Source: an uncultured Rhodothermaceae bacterium (lineage in GTDB: Bacteria > Bacteroidota > Rhodothermia > Rhodothermales > Bin80). Taken from it: a DNA stretch of 54,275 bases. The stretch spans positions 1 through 54,275 of the forward strand of contig CAZXEU010000029.1 of the NCBI GenBank assembly GCA_964639665.1, read 5' to 3'. This document shows, in pieces, positions 37,302 to 46,994 of the stretch. Below the pieces are notes generated by a model that did no database searches, was not told the DNA's origin, and saw nothing but the letters and a program-made list of their open reading frames with translations. Made by a program: the position numbers and the translations under genes. Positions within the stretch are counted from its first letter, which is position 1. Each line of letters starts with the position of its first letter.

Positions 37302-37964
37302 TTGACAAGTCCTAGTCGCGCTCGGCCGTCTTATCCTATCGGATTGATGGCAGGACTCTGCGTCAGCCTGTCTGTTCTCGGAGTGCTCTTCAATATCCCG
37401 CTGGGGTCCAAGGTACAACGTTCCGGGTGGAGGCACCAGGCACCCGGTAGTCGGGAGAGGCTCGGTCTGCTCGATCTCAGGCAGCGCACAGAATCGCGCA
37501 GCTTCGGCGTGCCTGTTCGTGACTTCGGCCTGCCCGACAAGCCCGCAGACGAGCTGGAGCGCGGGCGGCGTGTTGAAGAAGCGCAGGTCGAAGAGTCTAC
37601 GAGTTCCATGGCACTTGACGGACTTGAGGCTCTCCCTGTCCTGGACGTGGCCGAGCGCATGCCCGATCTCGAGGGCGGTATCGGTGCGTACTATATCAAC
37701 ATCGAGTATCCCGAACGGGCCCGGCTTATGGGCATCCAGGGTCGCCTGGTCCTGCTTTTCGTCGTCGAACCGGACGGGAAGCCGAGCAACATCACCGTAG
37801 GCAAGTCCCTGCATCCGCTGTGCGATTCCGCGGCAGTGCGGGCCCTTCGACAAACGGTTTTCATTCCCGGTCACCACAACGGCAAGCCCGTGCGGGTTCG
37901 CATGAGGCTGCCGGTCTCCTTCCAACTACTGGACCGCCCGGTCGCAGACTCCGCGGCAGGTTAG
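37302..37964 (+). CDS. Energy transducer TonB (C-terminal TonB domain)
   Basis: N-terminal TM; MPDLEGG, IEYPERARLMGIQGR, FIPG..NGKPVRV..RLPVSF. Start uncertain (37254, 37302 or 37347). Confidence 0.87.
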   Translation: MTSPSRARPSYPIGLMAGLCVSLSVLGVLFNIPLGSKVQRSGWRHQAPGSRERLGLLDLRQRTESRSFGVPVRDFGLPDKPADELERGRRVEEAQVEESTSSMALDGLEALPVLDVAERMPDLEGGIGAYYINIEYPERARLMGIQGRLVLLFVVEPDGKPSNITVGKSLHPLCDSAAVRALRQTVFIPGHHNGKPVRVRMRLPVSFQLLDRPVADSAAG

Positions 37965-37965
37965 G

Positions 37966-38334
37966 ATGATCCGGGTCGCTCTTACATACTTGGGCACCCG
38001 GTATGCAGAAGGATTGCCCCATCCAGGCGAGTCCGTCGAATCTGGCGTCCAGGAGCGCACAGTGCGTCTTCCGAAGTTTCACGTCGTACTTCTGGATGAT
38101 GACGAACACACGTATGAATACGTAATCGAGATGCTGGTCAGCCTGTTCGGCCACAATCCGAAGAAGGCGTATGAACTGGCCCTGGAGGTAGACGCCACAG
38201 GACGCGTTGTAGTCGACACTACGACGCGGGAGCGCGCGGATCTCAAGCGAGACCAGATACTGACCTACGGGCCTGATCCGCGCCTCGAGTACAGCGCGAA
38301 ATCGATGGCTGCCGTTGTGGAAGCCGCAGCCTGA
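37966..38334 (+). CDS. clpS: ATP-dependent Clp protease adaptor ClpS
   Basis: FHVVLLDDDEHTYEYVIEML...EVDATGR...ERA. Confidence 0.88.
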   Translation: MIRVALTYLGTRYAEGLPHPGESVESGVQERTVRLPKFHVVLLDDDEHTYEYVIEMLVSLFGHNPKKAYELALEVDATGRVVVDTTTRERADLKRDQILTYGPDPRLEYSAKSMAAVVEAAA

Positions 38335-38508
38335 CGATGTCGATTTGGGCGCTTGGGCAACGCTCGTCAAGTCGAAAAGCCGTGCGTTCACGGCCAATAA
38401 TTCTACGCAAATGCTCTAGCTGCAGCCTCGCTCCGCATCGAAGTGTGACATTTTAGACAGTTGATCGCCTGAATTATTAGCTTCCCCCAACGAAATCAGG
38501 GATGCCCT

Positions 38509-39423
38509 ATGTCGCTCCAAGAACCAATGAGCCTAATCGAAACGCTCAAGGGACGCATTCGACAGCACGATTCATTGTTGAGGGAAAACGAAACGCGCAC
38601 TCGAATGGCTTTGATAGATCCTTTGCTCCAAATGCTCGGATGGAGCGTCCACGACCCCGACCAAGTGATAGGCGAATACCAGTTAGGCAGTGGCTGGGCG
38701 GATTACGCACTCTTGAAGGGCGACGGCAAACCAATGGCCGTCATTGAGGCGAAGAAACTCGGCACTAACTTGGCATCTCACCGGTCTCAAATGGTAGGCT
38801 ATGCGGTTGCGTCCGGAATTGAGTATGCGGCACTGACCGATGGAGACAACTGGGAAGTATATCAGGTTTTCGAACCCGTTCCGCTGGAAGACAAGTGCGT
38901 CCTGAAAGTCTCCATATCCAGAGACCCAGCTTCCACCAGTGCGCTCAGGCTGCTGTTTCTCTGGCGTTCAAATCTAGGCAATGGAAGCCCCGTGCAGGCC
39001 GTTCGTCCCATTTTGATGCCGGATCCGATAGAACCCCATGCGGGATGGGTCACTCTTGCCACGTACGACCCTGAGCCGTACACAAGCTGTCCTCAGGCCA
39101 TCAAATACTGGGACGGTAGCAGCCAGAAACTTGGGCGCTGGTACGAAATCCTCACGTTCATAGTGGAAAAGCTGTATCGCGACGGTGATCTGTTGGAGTC
39201 TGATCTCCCGGTAAGATCAAAGGCGACTAGCAAAACGTGCATTGCCAATGCCGAGCCAAGGCACCCGGATGGACGTCCGTTCAAGGATAGTTCGTCCGTT
39301 GCTGGGTCCTCCATTCATGTGAATACGCATCTAAATGCAAAGCAGGTTCGTCAAAATGCGAAGATGGTGCTCGCACGGTTTCACAAAGGGCCAGAAACCG
39401 TGATGTTGCGAGTGGCAGACTGA
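38509..39423 (+). CDS. HsdR N-terminal-like PD-(D/E)xK endonuclease with an additional C-terminal domain; stand-alone
   Basis: NETRTR..LIDPLL..LGW, EY, ADYAL, VIEAKK, Q...Y, LTDGDNW. No helicase, MTase or HsdS nearby. Confidence 0.82.
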   Translation: MSLQEPMSLIETLKGRIRQHDSLLRENETRTRMALIDPLLQMLGWSVHDPDQVIGEYQLGSGWADYALLKGDGKPMAVIEAKKLGTNLASHRSQMVGYAVASGIEYAALTDGDNWEVYQVFEPVPLEDKCVLKVSISRDPASTSALRLLFLWRSNLGNGSPVQAVRPILMPDPIEPHAGWVTLATYDPEPYTSCPQAIKYWDGSSQKLGRWYEILTFIVEKLYRDGDLLESDLPVRSKATSKTCIANAEPRHPDGRPFKDSSSVAGSSIHVNTHLNAKQVRQNAKMVLARFHKGPETVMLRVAD

Positions 39424-39603
39424 CGCCCGCGTCACCGGCCAGTCTCATGCCGGCCCAGAAAATTGGTGCCTACTCTCCTGCAAGCTTCGTCCCGCGCCGT
39501 AAGCCGCAAGCACGCGATTCCCAATCGCCCACGCGAACATAGAGGCCCGCCCTAGCCGTGGTTCAGACGCGCTGCAGCGCCTCAAAGCGCCCTCCCATCA
39601 CCA

Positions 39604-41163
39604 CTACATCGGTGGGTAACTGTAGGATGCTCCGAGGCCAAGCGGAATGCCGAGCAGCCAATACAGGATCAGGAACACCGTCCACAGGGCCAAAAACGTC
39701 AGGCTGTAGGGAATCATGATCGAGGTAAGCGTCCCTATACCCGTCTTCTTCACGTAGCGCTGGCAGTAAACAACCACGAGCGGGAAGTAGGGCATGAGCG
39801 GCGTGATGATATTCGAAGAGGAATCCCCCACCCGGTAGGCGGCCTGCGTCAGCTCCGGCGAAATCCCTACCTGCATGAGCATCGGCACGAATATGGGAGC
39901 CAGCAGCGCCCATTTGGCGGAAGCCGAGCCTACGAACAGGTTCACAAATGCCGTAAGCAGCACTATACCCACTATCGTGACGCTGCCGGGAAGGGCAAGA
40001 GCCTTGAGCAGGGATGCTCCCTTGAGCGCCAGCAGCGCTCCGATATTGGATTCGCCAAACGCATGTACGAAAAGCGCGCAAAAGAAGGCCATTACGATGT
40101 AGTAGGCCATGCCATCCATGGCCTTGGTCATGGCGTCAACAATGTCCTTGGACTTGCGGAAAACACCTGCCACTAATCCGTACACCACACCCGGAATCAG
40201 AAATAGCAGGAATATCAGGGGCACAATCGATTGCATGATCGGCGCCTGGAAGGAGTTGAGCGATCCTTCGGCGTCGCGGAACGGCGAATCGGCGGGCAAG
40301 AGCACCAGTACGAGTACCACCAAGCCCAGTACCAGGACTCCCGTGGAAATGAAGAAGGCACTGCTTTCCCTCGCCGCCATGGTGTCCATGGGAGGGGCCT
40401 CTTCCGCATCCTGATCCACTGGCACGGCCTTGTCCAGGCGCGGCTCCACGATGCGATCCGTGACGAACCATCCCAGCCCGATTATGAGGAAACTGGAAAT
40501 GGCCGTGAAGAAATAATTGCACAGAGGATTGACCAGGATCGCGGCATCCAGTATCTGCGCCGCAGGCTGCGTAAATCCCTGCAAAAGCGGATCCAGCGCG
40601 GAGGGAAGCGGATTGGCGCTGAAGCCACCCGATACCCCGGCAAACGCGGCAGCAATACCCGCAAGCGGGTGCCTGCCGGCGGCGTAGAATATGACTCCTC
40701 CGAGGGGTATAACCAGCACGTAACCGGCATCCACGGCGCTGTGGCTGATCAGGCCGACCAGGACCACCATGGGTGTCAGCAGGCTCCGCGCCGTGCTGCC
40801 CAGCAGCAACTTGATGCCCGTATTGAAATAGCCTGCCTCATCCGCTACGCCCACCCCAAGCATCGCCACCAGAACCACTCCCAGCGGCGCAAAGCCGGTG
40901 AAAATGCTCACCATGTTCGACAGGAAAGCGGTCAGCGCGCTGCCGGCCAGAAGATTGTTGATAACCAGCGGGGATCCCGTGCGCGGATCAATGACGTCGA
41001 ACGTGGACGACGTAAGAAGAGCGGAAAGGACCCAAACGATCACCAGCGACAGCAAGAAAAGCATCGCCGGGTCCGGAAGCTTGTTTCCGACCAGTTCTAT
41101 GCCGCCCAGAAACCGGTCAACAAGGCCGGAACGGGACCTGGCAGGGGTATCTTGATCGCTCAC
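39604..41163 (-). CDS. AbgT-family transporter
   Basis: GNKLPDPAMLF, GRHPLAGI, GVSGGFSAN, GSASAKW, AYRVGDSSSNIITPLMPY. GTG start overlaps the GH3 stop. Confidence 0.93.
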   Translation of the reverse strand: MSDQDTPARSRSGLVDRFLGGIELVGNKLPDPAMLFLLSLVIVWVLSALLTSSTFDVIDPRTGSPLVINNLLAGSALTAFLSNMVSIFTGFAPLGVVLVAMLGVGVADEAGYFNTGIKLLLGSTARSLLTPMVVLVGLISHSAVDAGYVLVIPLGGVIFYAAGRHPLAGIAAAFAGVSGGFSANPLPSALDPLLQGFTQPAAQILDAAILVNPLCNYFFTAISSFLIIGLGWFVTDRIVEPRLDKAVPVDQDAEEAPPMDTMAARESSAFFISTGVLVLGLVVLVLVLLPADSPFRDAEGSLNSFQAPIMQSIVPLIFLLFLIPGVVYGLVAGVFRKSKDIVDAMTKAMDGMAYYIVMAFFCALFVHAFGESNIGALLALKGASLLKALALPGSVTIVGIVLLTAFVNLFVGSASAKWALLAPIFVPMLMQVGISPELTQAAYRVGDSSSNIITPLMPYFPLVVVYCQRYVKKTGIGTLTSIMIPYSLTFLALWTVFLILYWLLGIPLGLGASYSYPPM

Positions 41164-43226
41164 GGTATCGGAATCTCTAGTTGCGGCGGCACCTCGGTTG
41201 TGTCCTGAAGCTGTGTGTCCACCTGGGTCGTGTCCTGCGCTTCCGTGGTATCAGGGCCCGAATAGCTGAGACCGAATCCAAACGGAAATAGTGGATCAGC
41301 GGAGTCGTACGGCACGTCTTCCAGCTGCTCCCGCACCGCGCGCATGGAAGATGGCAGCTCGACAGGCAACCGCCCAGAAGGATCAAATCGCCCGAATACC
41401 GCATCCAGGATGACTTCGTCCGAGGCGCCGAAGTTGGCCAGTAGCCCGGCAGCGCTCTCCGCCACTTCCGGAATCACGGCCGGGCGGTCCATGAAGACGT
41501 CTACAACGGTTGGAAGGGCGCGGGTGATCGCAAGGATGCCAGCCAGCTGCTCCCCCTTGAAATCCAGGTCGCCCTGGTGCATCATGCTCTCCAGCATCCC
41601 GCTGCCGGGCGGCGGCTCGTACGGGGTGTCCAATCTGAGAAGCGCCACGGTGGCGTCCGCAGGATCATCTACTACGGTCGCATACCGGGCCGCCACGCTG
41701 CTGTCCACATTCTGGATATACAGGCGTTCTCCGTCTTCAAGCGGCAGCAGTGCGGCTCCACCCAATTCCGCATTCTTGAGCAGGACGATGGACGCCTGCT
41801 GCGCACTCTTGCCCGCCTCCATGAAGCTCGCATTTCCCACTGTTTCGCTGGCGGCATACTCATCCACATACGGATCGTCAAAGAGTCCTAGCAAAAACTT
41901 GTCCCGCAGAAGCCTGCTTACCGAGCTGTCGAGACGCTCTTCGTCCACCCTGCCCGTTTCCACCAGCTCAATGATCCACTCCGGATTGGATTCTCCACCA
42001 AAAATATCGACGCCGGCATTCAGGGCTTTCTCGGCGCGGTCGACCGGCGACAGCTCCTCCACTCCCCAGCCTGGCGACTCAAGAAGGATCCAGCCGAGCA
42101 CGCCCTTGCTGCTTAGCACCGCCCAGTCCGTGCTGATGACCCCGTCAAAGCCCAATTCATTGCGCAGGAGATCTGTTACGATCTCCCGGCTGAAGGCAAA
42201 GCCCACAGGCTCTTCTGTGATGCCGACGCCCACGCCATAACTCACCATGATCTGCGCGGTACCCGCCGCCATCGCACCGGTCACGAAGGGGGCCAAGTGA
42301 TAGTCGAACTGCCCTCCCGGGTATACCTGGTCCTTGCCATAGGAGAAATGGGCTTCCCATCCATCATCCTGCGGTCCTCCTCCCGGAAAGTGCTTGGTCA
42401 TTGTCGCGACGCTTTCAGAGCCGAGTGATGTGCCCTGCAGCCCGCTGATGTATGCGCGACCCAAACGGGCAGCCAGGTCACCGTCCTCACCGAACGTGCC
42501 CAGAACACGGGACCAGCGGGGTTCCGTTGCCAGGTCCATCATCGGATGCAGGGCCAATCGTATGCCCACGGCAAGATACTCCTGCCGCACGATATCGGCG
42601 AACGACGCAACCAGCTGCGAATCGCGCGCAGCCGCAAGCCCGAGCGGCTGCGGCCACACGGAAAAAGCACCGCCGAACATGGCAGCGATAGGGCCGGTCA
42701 GGTAGCCGTGTCTCGGATCGGAAGCAATGGTGACAGGAATACCCAGCCGCGATCGCTCCGCCAGTTTCTGCACGGCATTGTACCACCTCGCCATGGCGGC
42801 AGGACTGTTGGCCTGCATGATATTGAAGTGGTTCATGTGGCGACGAACGATCATCGTCGAGTTTGTGGGCATAAGGAAGCTGAAGGGATTGTCGGGCGTC
42901 GGGCGCTCCTGGAGCGTGCCGTCCGGATCCATGGCAATCATTTGTATGAACATCATGCCAGCCTTTTCCTCCAGGGTCATCCTGGAGAGCACATCCTGCA
43001 CGCGCTCCTCCACGGGGGCAGCGACATCTTCGTAGGGATCCATGATCCCGTTCTTGTTGAGATCCCGATAGGCTGTGCCGTCGGAAATCCTGACAGGTGC
43101 CTCCGGTCCCAGGCCGGCCATCGTACTTCCTGAGACAATGGCGTAGTACAAGAAGAAGCCGAGCACGCCAGCCGCTGCCACGACCAATATGCTGAGTATG
43201 GCGATTGTTATTCTTCGCAAGATCAC
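41160..43226 (-). CDS. Glycoside hydrolase family 3 beta-glucosidase, membrane-anchored
   Basis: RDLNKNG..DPYED, MTLEEKAG, RLGIP..SDPRH, EPRWSR..TFGED, KHFPGGG, nucleophile STDW, PLFPFGFGLSY. Confidence 0.93.
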   Translation of the reverse strand: MILRRITIAILSILVVAAAGVLGFFLYYAIVSGSTMAGLGPEAPVRISDGTAYRDLNKNGIMDPYEDVAAPVEERVQDVLSRMTLEEKAGMMFIQMIAMDPDGTLQERPTPDNPFSFLMPTNSTMIVRRHMNHFNIMQANSPAAMARWYNAVQKLAERSRLGIPVTIASDPRHGYLTGPIAAMFGGAFSVWPQPLGLAAARDSQLVASFADIVRQEYLAVGIRLALHPMMDLATEPRWSRVLGTFGEDGDLAARLGRAYISGLQGTSLGSESVATMTKHFPGGGPQDDGWEAHFSYGKDQVYPGGQFDYHLAPFVTGAMAAGTAQIMVSYGVGVGITEEPVGFAFSREIVTDLLRNELGFDGVISTDWAVLSSKGVLGWILLESPGWGVEELSPVDRAEKALNAGVDIFGGESNPEWIIELVETGRVDEERLDSSVSRLLRDKFLLGLFDDPYVDEYAASETVGNASFMEAGKSAQQASIVLLKNAELGGAALLPLEDGERLYIQNVDSSVAARYATVVDDPADATVALLRLDTPYEPPPGSGMLESMMHQGDLDFKGEQLAGILAITRALPTVVDVFMDRPAVIPEVAESAAGLLANFGASDEVILDAVFGRFDPSGRLPVELPSSMRAVREQLEDVPYDSADPLFPFGFGLSYSGPDTTEAQDTTQVDTQLQDTTEVPPQLEIPIP
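41190..41237. repeat. Imperfect 18-bp direct repeat (30-bp period) encoding QDTT[QE]V in the GH3 tail
   Basis: CACCTCGGTTGTGTCCTG (41190-41207) and CACCTGGGTCGTGTCCTG (41220-41237), 16/18 identical. Confidence 0.75.
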
Positions 43227-43320
43227 TGCGCCACCTGTTTGGCCTGAGAATTCAAACTGCAGTCTAAAATACGCGTTCAGGGCACACTTCTGTGCATTCC
43301 GTTAACATCGGGCAACTGAC

Positions 43321-44541
43321 ATGACACCGGTTGAAGACATCAGGAGCCAGTTCCCGGCCCTGCGGCGCCGCCACAAGGGACACAACGTGGCATACTTCGA
43401 TGGCCCGGGAGGAACGCAGGTCCCGCGCACGGTGGTCGAGGCCATGGCGGACTACCTGTACCACCACAACGCCAATACGCACTGGGCCTACCCCACGAGC
43501 GCCGAGACAGACCAGGTGCTGGAGGATGCGCGCTCCGCCTTCGCGGACTTCCTGGACTGCGAGGCAGACTGCGTTGCCTTCGGCAACAACATGACAACGC
43601 TTACCTTCCATGTGGCGCGCGCCATCGGCCGACGGCTGCAGCCAGGTGACGAGATCATCGTAACCGATCTAGACCACCATGCCAACATCGACCCCTGGCT
43701 GGACCTGGCCCGAGAGCGGCGACTCGCCGTACGCCACGCCCGCTTCGATGCCGGTACCGGTACGCTCGACTGGAACCACCTGGAGAGCCTGGTTTCCGAG
43801 CGAACGCGTGTTCTGGCCGTTGGCGCGGCCTCCAATGCCCTGGGAACCATCAATGACGTGGCCCGGGCCTGCCGGCTTGCCCGCGCAGCGGGTGCCCTCT
43901 CGTTCATAGATGCCGTTCATTATGCGGCCCACTGGCCGCCCGAGGTCCGGCGCTGGGACTGCGACTTTATGGCCTGCTCCGCCTACAAGTTCTATGGACC
44001 GCATGCAGCCGTATTGTATGGCAGAAAGGAGCTTCTGGATCAGCTAGGCGTGCCGCGACTGGTGCCGGCGCCGGACACTGCGCCGGAAAGATTCGAAACC
44101 GGTACGCAGAATCACGAGGGCATAGCCGGTGCGGCGGCAGCCGTCAATTTCCTTGCTTCCCTGGCGCCTGGCACAACGCGCCGGGAACGCCTGTCGACCG
44201 CATCCCGGGCAATACATGAGCGGACGCGCGCACAACTTGCCTTGCTGTGGTCCGGCCTGGCGGCGATAGGGTCCGTGACACTGTACGGTCCGCAGCCGGA
44301 TGAGACACGCACGCCGACTCTTGCATTCACCGTTCGTGGCAAGAGCAGCGAGGACGTTTGCCGGGAGCTATCGCAGGAGGGCCTTTTCCTGTCACATGGA
44401 GACTTCTATGCCATGACCGTGGTGAGAAGGCTCGGCGTGGAAGGCCTCGTGCGCGCTGGCTGTGCGTGTTACACCACGCATGCCGAAGCGGAGCGTCTCG
44501 TCCGGGCCGTGGACCGCATAGCAGCTACAGCGCGCCCGTAA
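43321..44541 (+). CDS. Cysteine desulfurase-like class V PLP enzyme (TIGR01976-like)
   Basis: YFDGPGGTQVP, DHHANIDPW, ASNALGT, DAVHY, SAYKFYGPH, FETGT. Confidence 0.9.
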   Translation: MTPVEDIRSQFPALRRRHKGHNVAYFDGPGGTQVPRTVVEAMADYLYHHNANTHWAYPTSAETDQVLEDARSAFADFLDCEADCVAFGNNMTTLTFHVARAIGRRLQPGDEIIVTDLDHHANIDPWLDLARERRLAVRHARFDAGTGTLDWNHLESLVSERTRVLAVGAASNALGTINDVARACRLARAAGALSFIDAVHYAAHWPPEVRRWDCDFMACSAYKFYGPHAAVLYGRKELLDQLGVPRLVPAPDTAPERFETGTQNHEGIAGAAAAVNFLASLAPGTTRRERLSTASRAIHERTRAQLALLWSGLAAIGSVTLYGPQPDETRTPTLAFTVRGKSSEDVCRELSQEGLFLSHGDFYAMTVVRRLGVEGLVRAGCACYTTHAEAERLVRAVDRIAATARP

Positions 44542-45253
44542 TCACCATCACGTCGTACAGCGCATGCGTCCAGGCGGCAACGCCGAATCCACGCACCAGA
44601 AACACGACATTCAGCGCAAGCCCGAAAAGGGCCCGGTACAGAAAGGAGCCCAGCTCGAATGCATCGCCAAGTGCGCCCACGTAATGGACCGCGCTGAAGA
44701 CCACGGCTCCCAGAACCGCAGCAATGGCATATGCTCCCACCCTGCCCAGTTCCGGGACGATGCGTGTCAGCACCAGAAACAGCGTTCCGACAAGCACGAC
44801 GCGAAAGAGCAGTTCCTCGTATAATCCCGCACCGATCGACAGCACGAGACCGGCCACCAAGCCCGGTTCGTAGTTTTGCGCTACTGCCATCAGCCGCTGG
44901 GTCAAATCAGACACAACCAGCGCCAACAGCACCGCGTAAAGGGCACTTTCCGCCATAATCCAGAGCGCGTAACCCGGGCGCAGCGGAATCCGCTTCTTTC
45001 TCTCGGCGATGAATACGGCCGTTCCAATGCCCACCACCACCAGCGCCGCAACAAGCATTCCCCCGTCGCCCAGACGCGGCATAACCCACTTCATCCATAC
45101 TTCCGCGCTGATGCGAACCGGCTGCGCCGCGTCGCGATTGACCACCCTGATTAGGATCTCATACGCTGCCAGAAGGGGAAGCGCCATCAGGAAGCCGTAC
45201 GTAGCGGTACGTGTTGCGGCGTGATATGCCCTAACACGCGCCGGCCTATCCAT
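44525..45253 (-). CDS. CPBP (Abi/Rce1-like) intramembrane glutamic endopeptidase
   Basis: AGLYEELLFR, FSAVHY, HALYD. ATG 45253 (MDRPARV). Confidence 0.87.
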   Translation of the reverse strand: MDRPARVRAYHAATRTATYGFLMALPLLAAYEILIRVVNRDAAQPVRISAEVWMKWVMPRLGDGGMLVAALVVVGIGTAVFIAERKKRIPLRPGYALWIMAESALYAVLLALVVSDLTQRLMAVAQNYEPGLVAGLVLSIGAGLYEELLFRVVLVGTLFLVLTRIVPELGRVGAYAIAAVLGAVVFSAVHYVGALGDAFELGSFLYRALFGLALNVVFLVRGFGVAAWTHALYDVMVITGAL

Positions 45254-45572
45254 TTTCCGGCTCCATCGTCTCCAACGCTTTGCGAAGCTCAGCCAGATCC
45301 CTGTGCTGTCCTTCACGGGCAGCGGCGTCCATGCCAAGGCGAAATACACGCGCCGCCCGGGTATGGTTGCCCTGGGCCAGATACAGCTTGCCCAGATGGT
45401 AATACGTGCCCGTGTATTCAGGCACGGCCGCCATGAGACCCTCGTAGTACGACTGCGCCCGCGCCAGCTCTCCCCGCTTTGCGTATTCCTGCGCCAGGGC
45501 AAAGCGCGTGAATGCGTCCTTGGGATCCGCCCGATAAAACTCAAGCAGCCTGGCGAGCCGGTCCTCCGCCAT
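45246..45572 (-). CDS. Tetratricopeptide-repeat protein
   Basis: DPKDAFTRFALAQEY, PEYTGTYYHLGKLY. Start at 45572 or 45584. Confidence 0.85.
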   Translation of the reverse strand: MAEDRLARLLEFYRADPKDAFTRFALAQEYAKRGELARAQSYYEGLMAAVPEYTGTYYHLGKLYLAQGNHTRAARVFRLGMDAAAREGQHRDLAELRKALETMEPENG

Positions 45573-45577
45573 CTCGG

Positions 45578-46372
45578 CTACCATCCTCCTCCTGCACCGC
45601 CGCCGCCAAATCCACCTCCTCCAAAGCCTCCTCCAAAACCGCCACCGCCCAATCCTCCTCCGAAGCTTCCTCCCATTCCCCCGCCGCCCCGAAAGCCACT
45701 TCCGAGCGCGGCCCCGGCAATGAATGCCCAGGGTACGTCGCTCCGGCCGCGGCCACGGCCGCGGCCGCCACCGTGCTTTCCGCCGGCAAAAGCACTCAGC
45801 AAAAGCACCATAACTATCAAGAAGAATAGAACGCCGAAGACGCCGTTGCCCTGAGTACTGCCTGTCGGCGAACCATCGGCCGTGAATTCGCCGGCGGCGG
45901 CCCGCATGAGAGCTTCTGTGCCGAGTGCAAGACCCTCATAGAAACGCCCCTGCCGAAAAAGCGGCGTAATGATCTCGCGAACAACGCGCCCGGCCAGCGC
46001 ATCGGGAATAGATCCCTCGAGTCCGTAGCCGGTGGCAATAAAAACCTTGCGGTCATCTCTGGAAACCAGCACTACGGCACCATTGTCCTCCTCGCCTTGC
46101 CCGACGCCCCACTGGTCTCCGAGCTCCGTGGCATAGGCAGCAATGTCTGCTCCGCCCAGATCCGGCAGGGTTACAACCACGATCTGCGTGGAGGTGGTGT
46201 CCGCATAATCGCGCAGACGCCTGGTCAGAAGTTCTTCCTCTGTGCGCGAGAGCAGATCACCTGCGTCCGTAACTATGGCCCCGGAGGGCGCCATAACCTG
46301 CAAGCCTTGCGCCTGGCTGGCGGCCGACACAAGCAGGCTCGCCAGCAGCAGGAATGATCTGTTCGGGATCAT
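45578..46372 (-). CDS. TPM-domain (YgcG-like) membrane protein with Gly-rich tail
   Basis: QIVVVT, WGVGQ..DNG, IATGYGLEGSIPD, C-terminal FGGGGAGGGW. Confidence 0.93.
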   Translation of the reverse strand: MIPNRSFLLLASLLVSAASQAQGLQVMAPSGAIVTDAGDLLSRTEEELLTRRLRDYADTTSTQIVVVTLPDLGGADIAAYATELGDQWGVGQGEEDNGAVVLVSRDDRKVFIATGYGLEGSIPDALAGRVVREIITPLFRQGRFYEGLALGTEALMRAAAGEFTADGSPTGSTQGNGVFGVLFFLIVMVLLLSAFAGGKHGGGRGRGRGRSDVPWAFIAGAALGSGFRGGGGMGGSFGGGLGGGGFGGGFGGGGFGGGGAGGGW

Positions 46373-46974
46373 GAGCTGAAGTCCACTGTCGGAGCTTGCT
46401 CAGCACCCTCTTCCGCTTCAAAGAAGGGTCGGCGGTCGTGGCCAAACATCCCGGCGACCAACACGGCGGGGAAGCGTCGAATGCGCGTATTGTAACTGCG
46501 AACAGACTCGTTGTAGCGCGTACGGGCCACGTTTATCCGGTTCTCGGTTCCTTCCAGTTGCACCTGCAGGTCGCGGAAAGCCTCGGTAGCCCGCAATTCG
46601 GGATAGTTTTCGCTGACGACCAGGAGCCTGCCAAGCGCTCCGCCCAGCTGCGCCTGAGCCGCCTGAAAGGCCTGCAGCTTCGAAGGGTCGGACAAGTCGT
46701 CGGCACTCAGCGTGATTCCCGTCGCTTGCGCACGGGCGCGCGTGACAGACTCCAGGGTCTGACTTTCAAATTCGCTGGCCCCCCGTACTGTGTTTACCAG
46801 GTTGGGAATCAGGTCGCTGCGGCGCTGGTACGCGGTCTCGACGTTGCCCCATGCTTCATCCAGGCTTTCTTCCTCGGAGACGAGGCTGTTGTAGGTTCCA
46901 ACCCCCATGCAGCCTCCAAAAAGGGCCAGCAGCAGCACGACAACCAGCCCAATGGATCCTTTGCTTCGTAACAT
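46369..46974 (-). CDS. lemA: LemA family protein
   Basis: YQRRSDLIPNLV, ENYPELRA, LEGTENRINVAR. Confidence 0.95.
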   Translation of the reverse strand: MLRSKGSIGLVVVLLLALFGGCMGVGTYNSLVSEEESLDEAWGNVETAYQRRSDLIPNLVNTVRGASEFESQTLESVTRARAQATGITLSADDLSDPSKLQAFQAAQAQLGGALGRLLVVSENYPELRATEAFRDLQVQLEGTENRINVARTRYNESVRSYNTRIRRFPAVLVAGMFGHDRRPFFEAEEGAEQAPTVDFSS

Positions 46975-46994
46975 GGCAGACTTTTTTCTTTTGC

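Noticed and set aside
208-39492. 13-mer GCAAGCTTCGTCC at about 208 and 39480
   Set aside because: The similarity does not extend into the flanks and is compatible with chance.
45581-45700. Low-complexity CCT/CCG repeats
   Set aside because: They encode the normal Gly-rich tail of TPM proteins.
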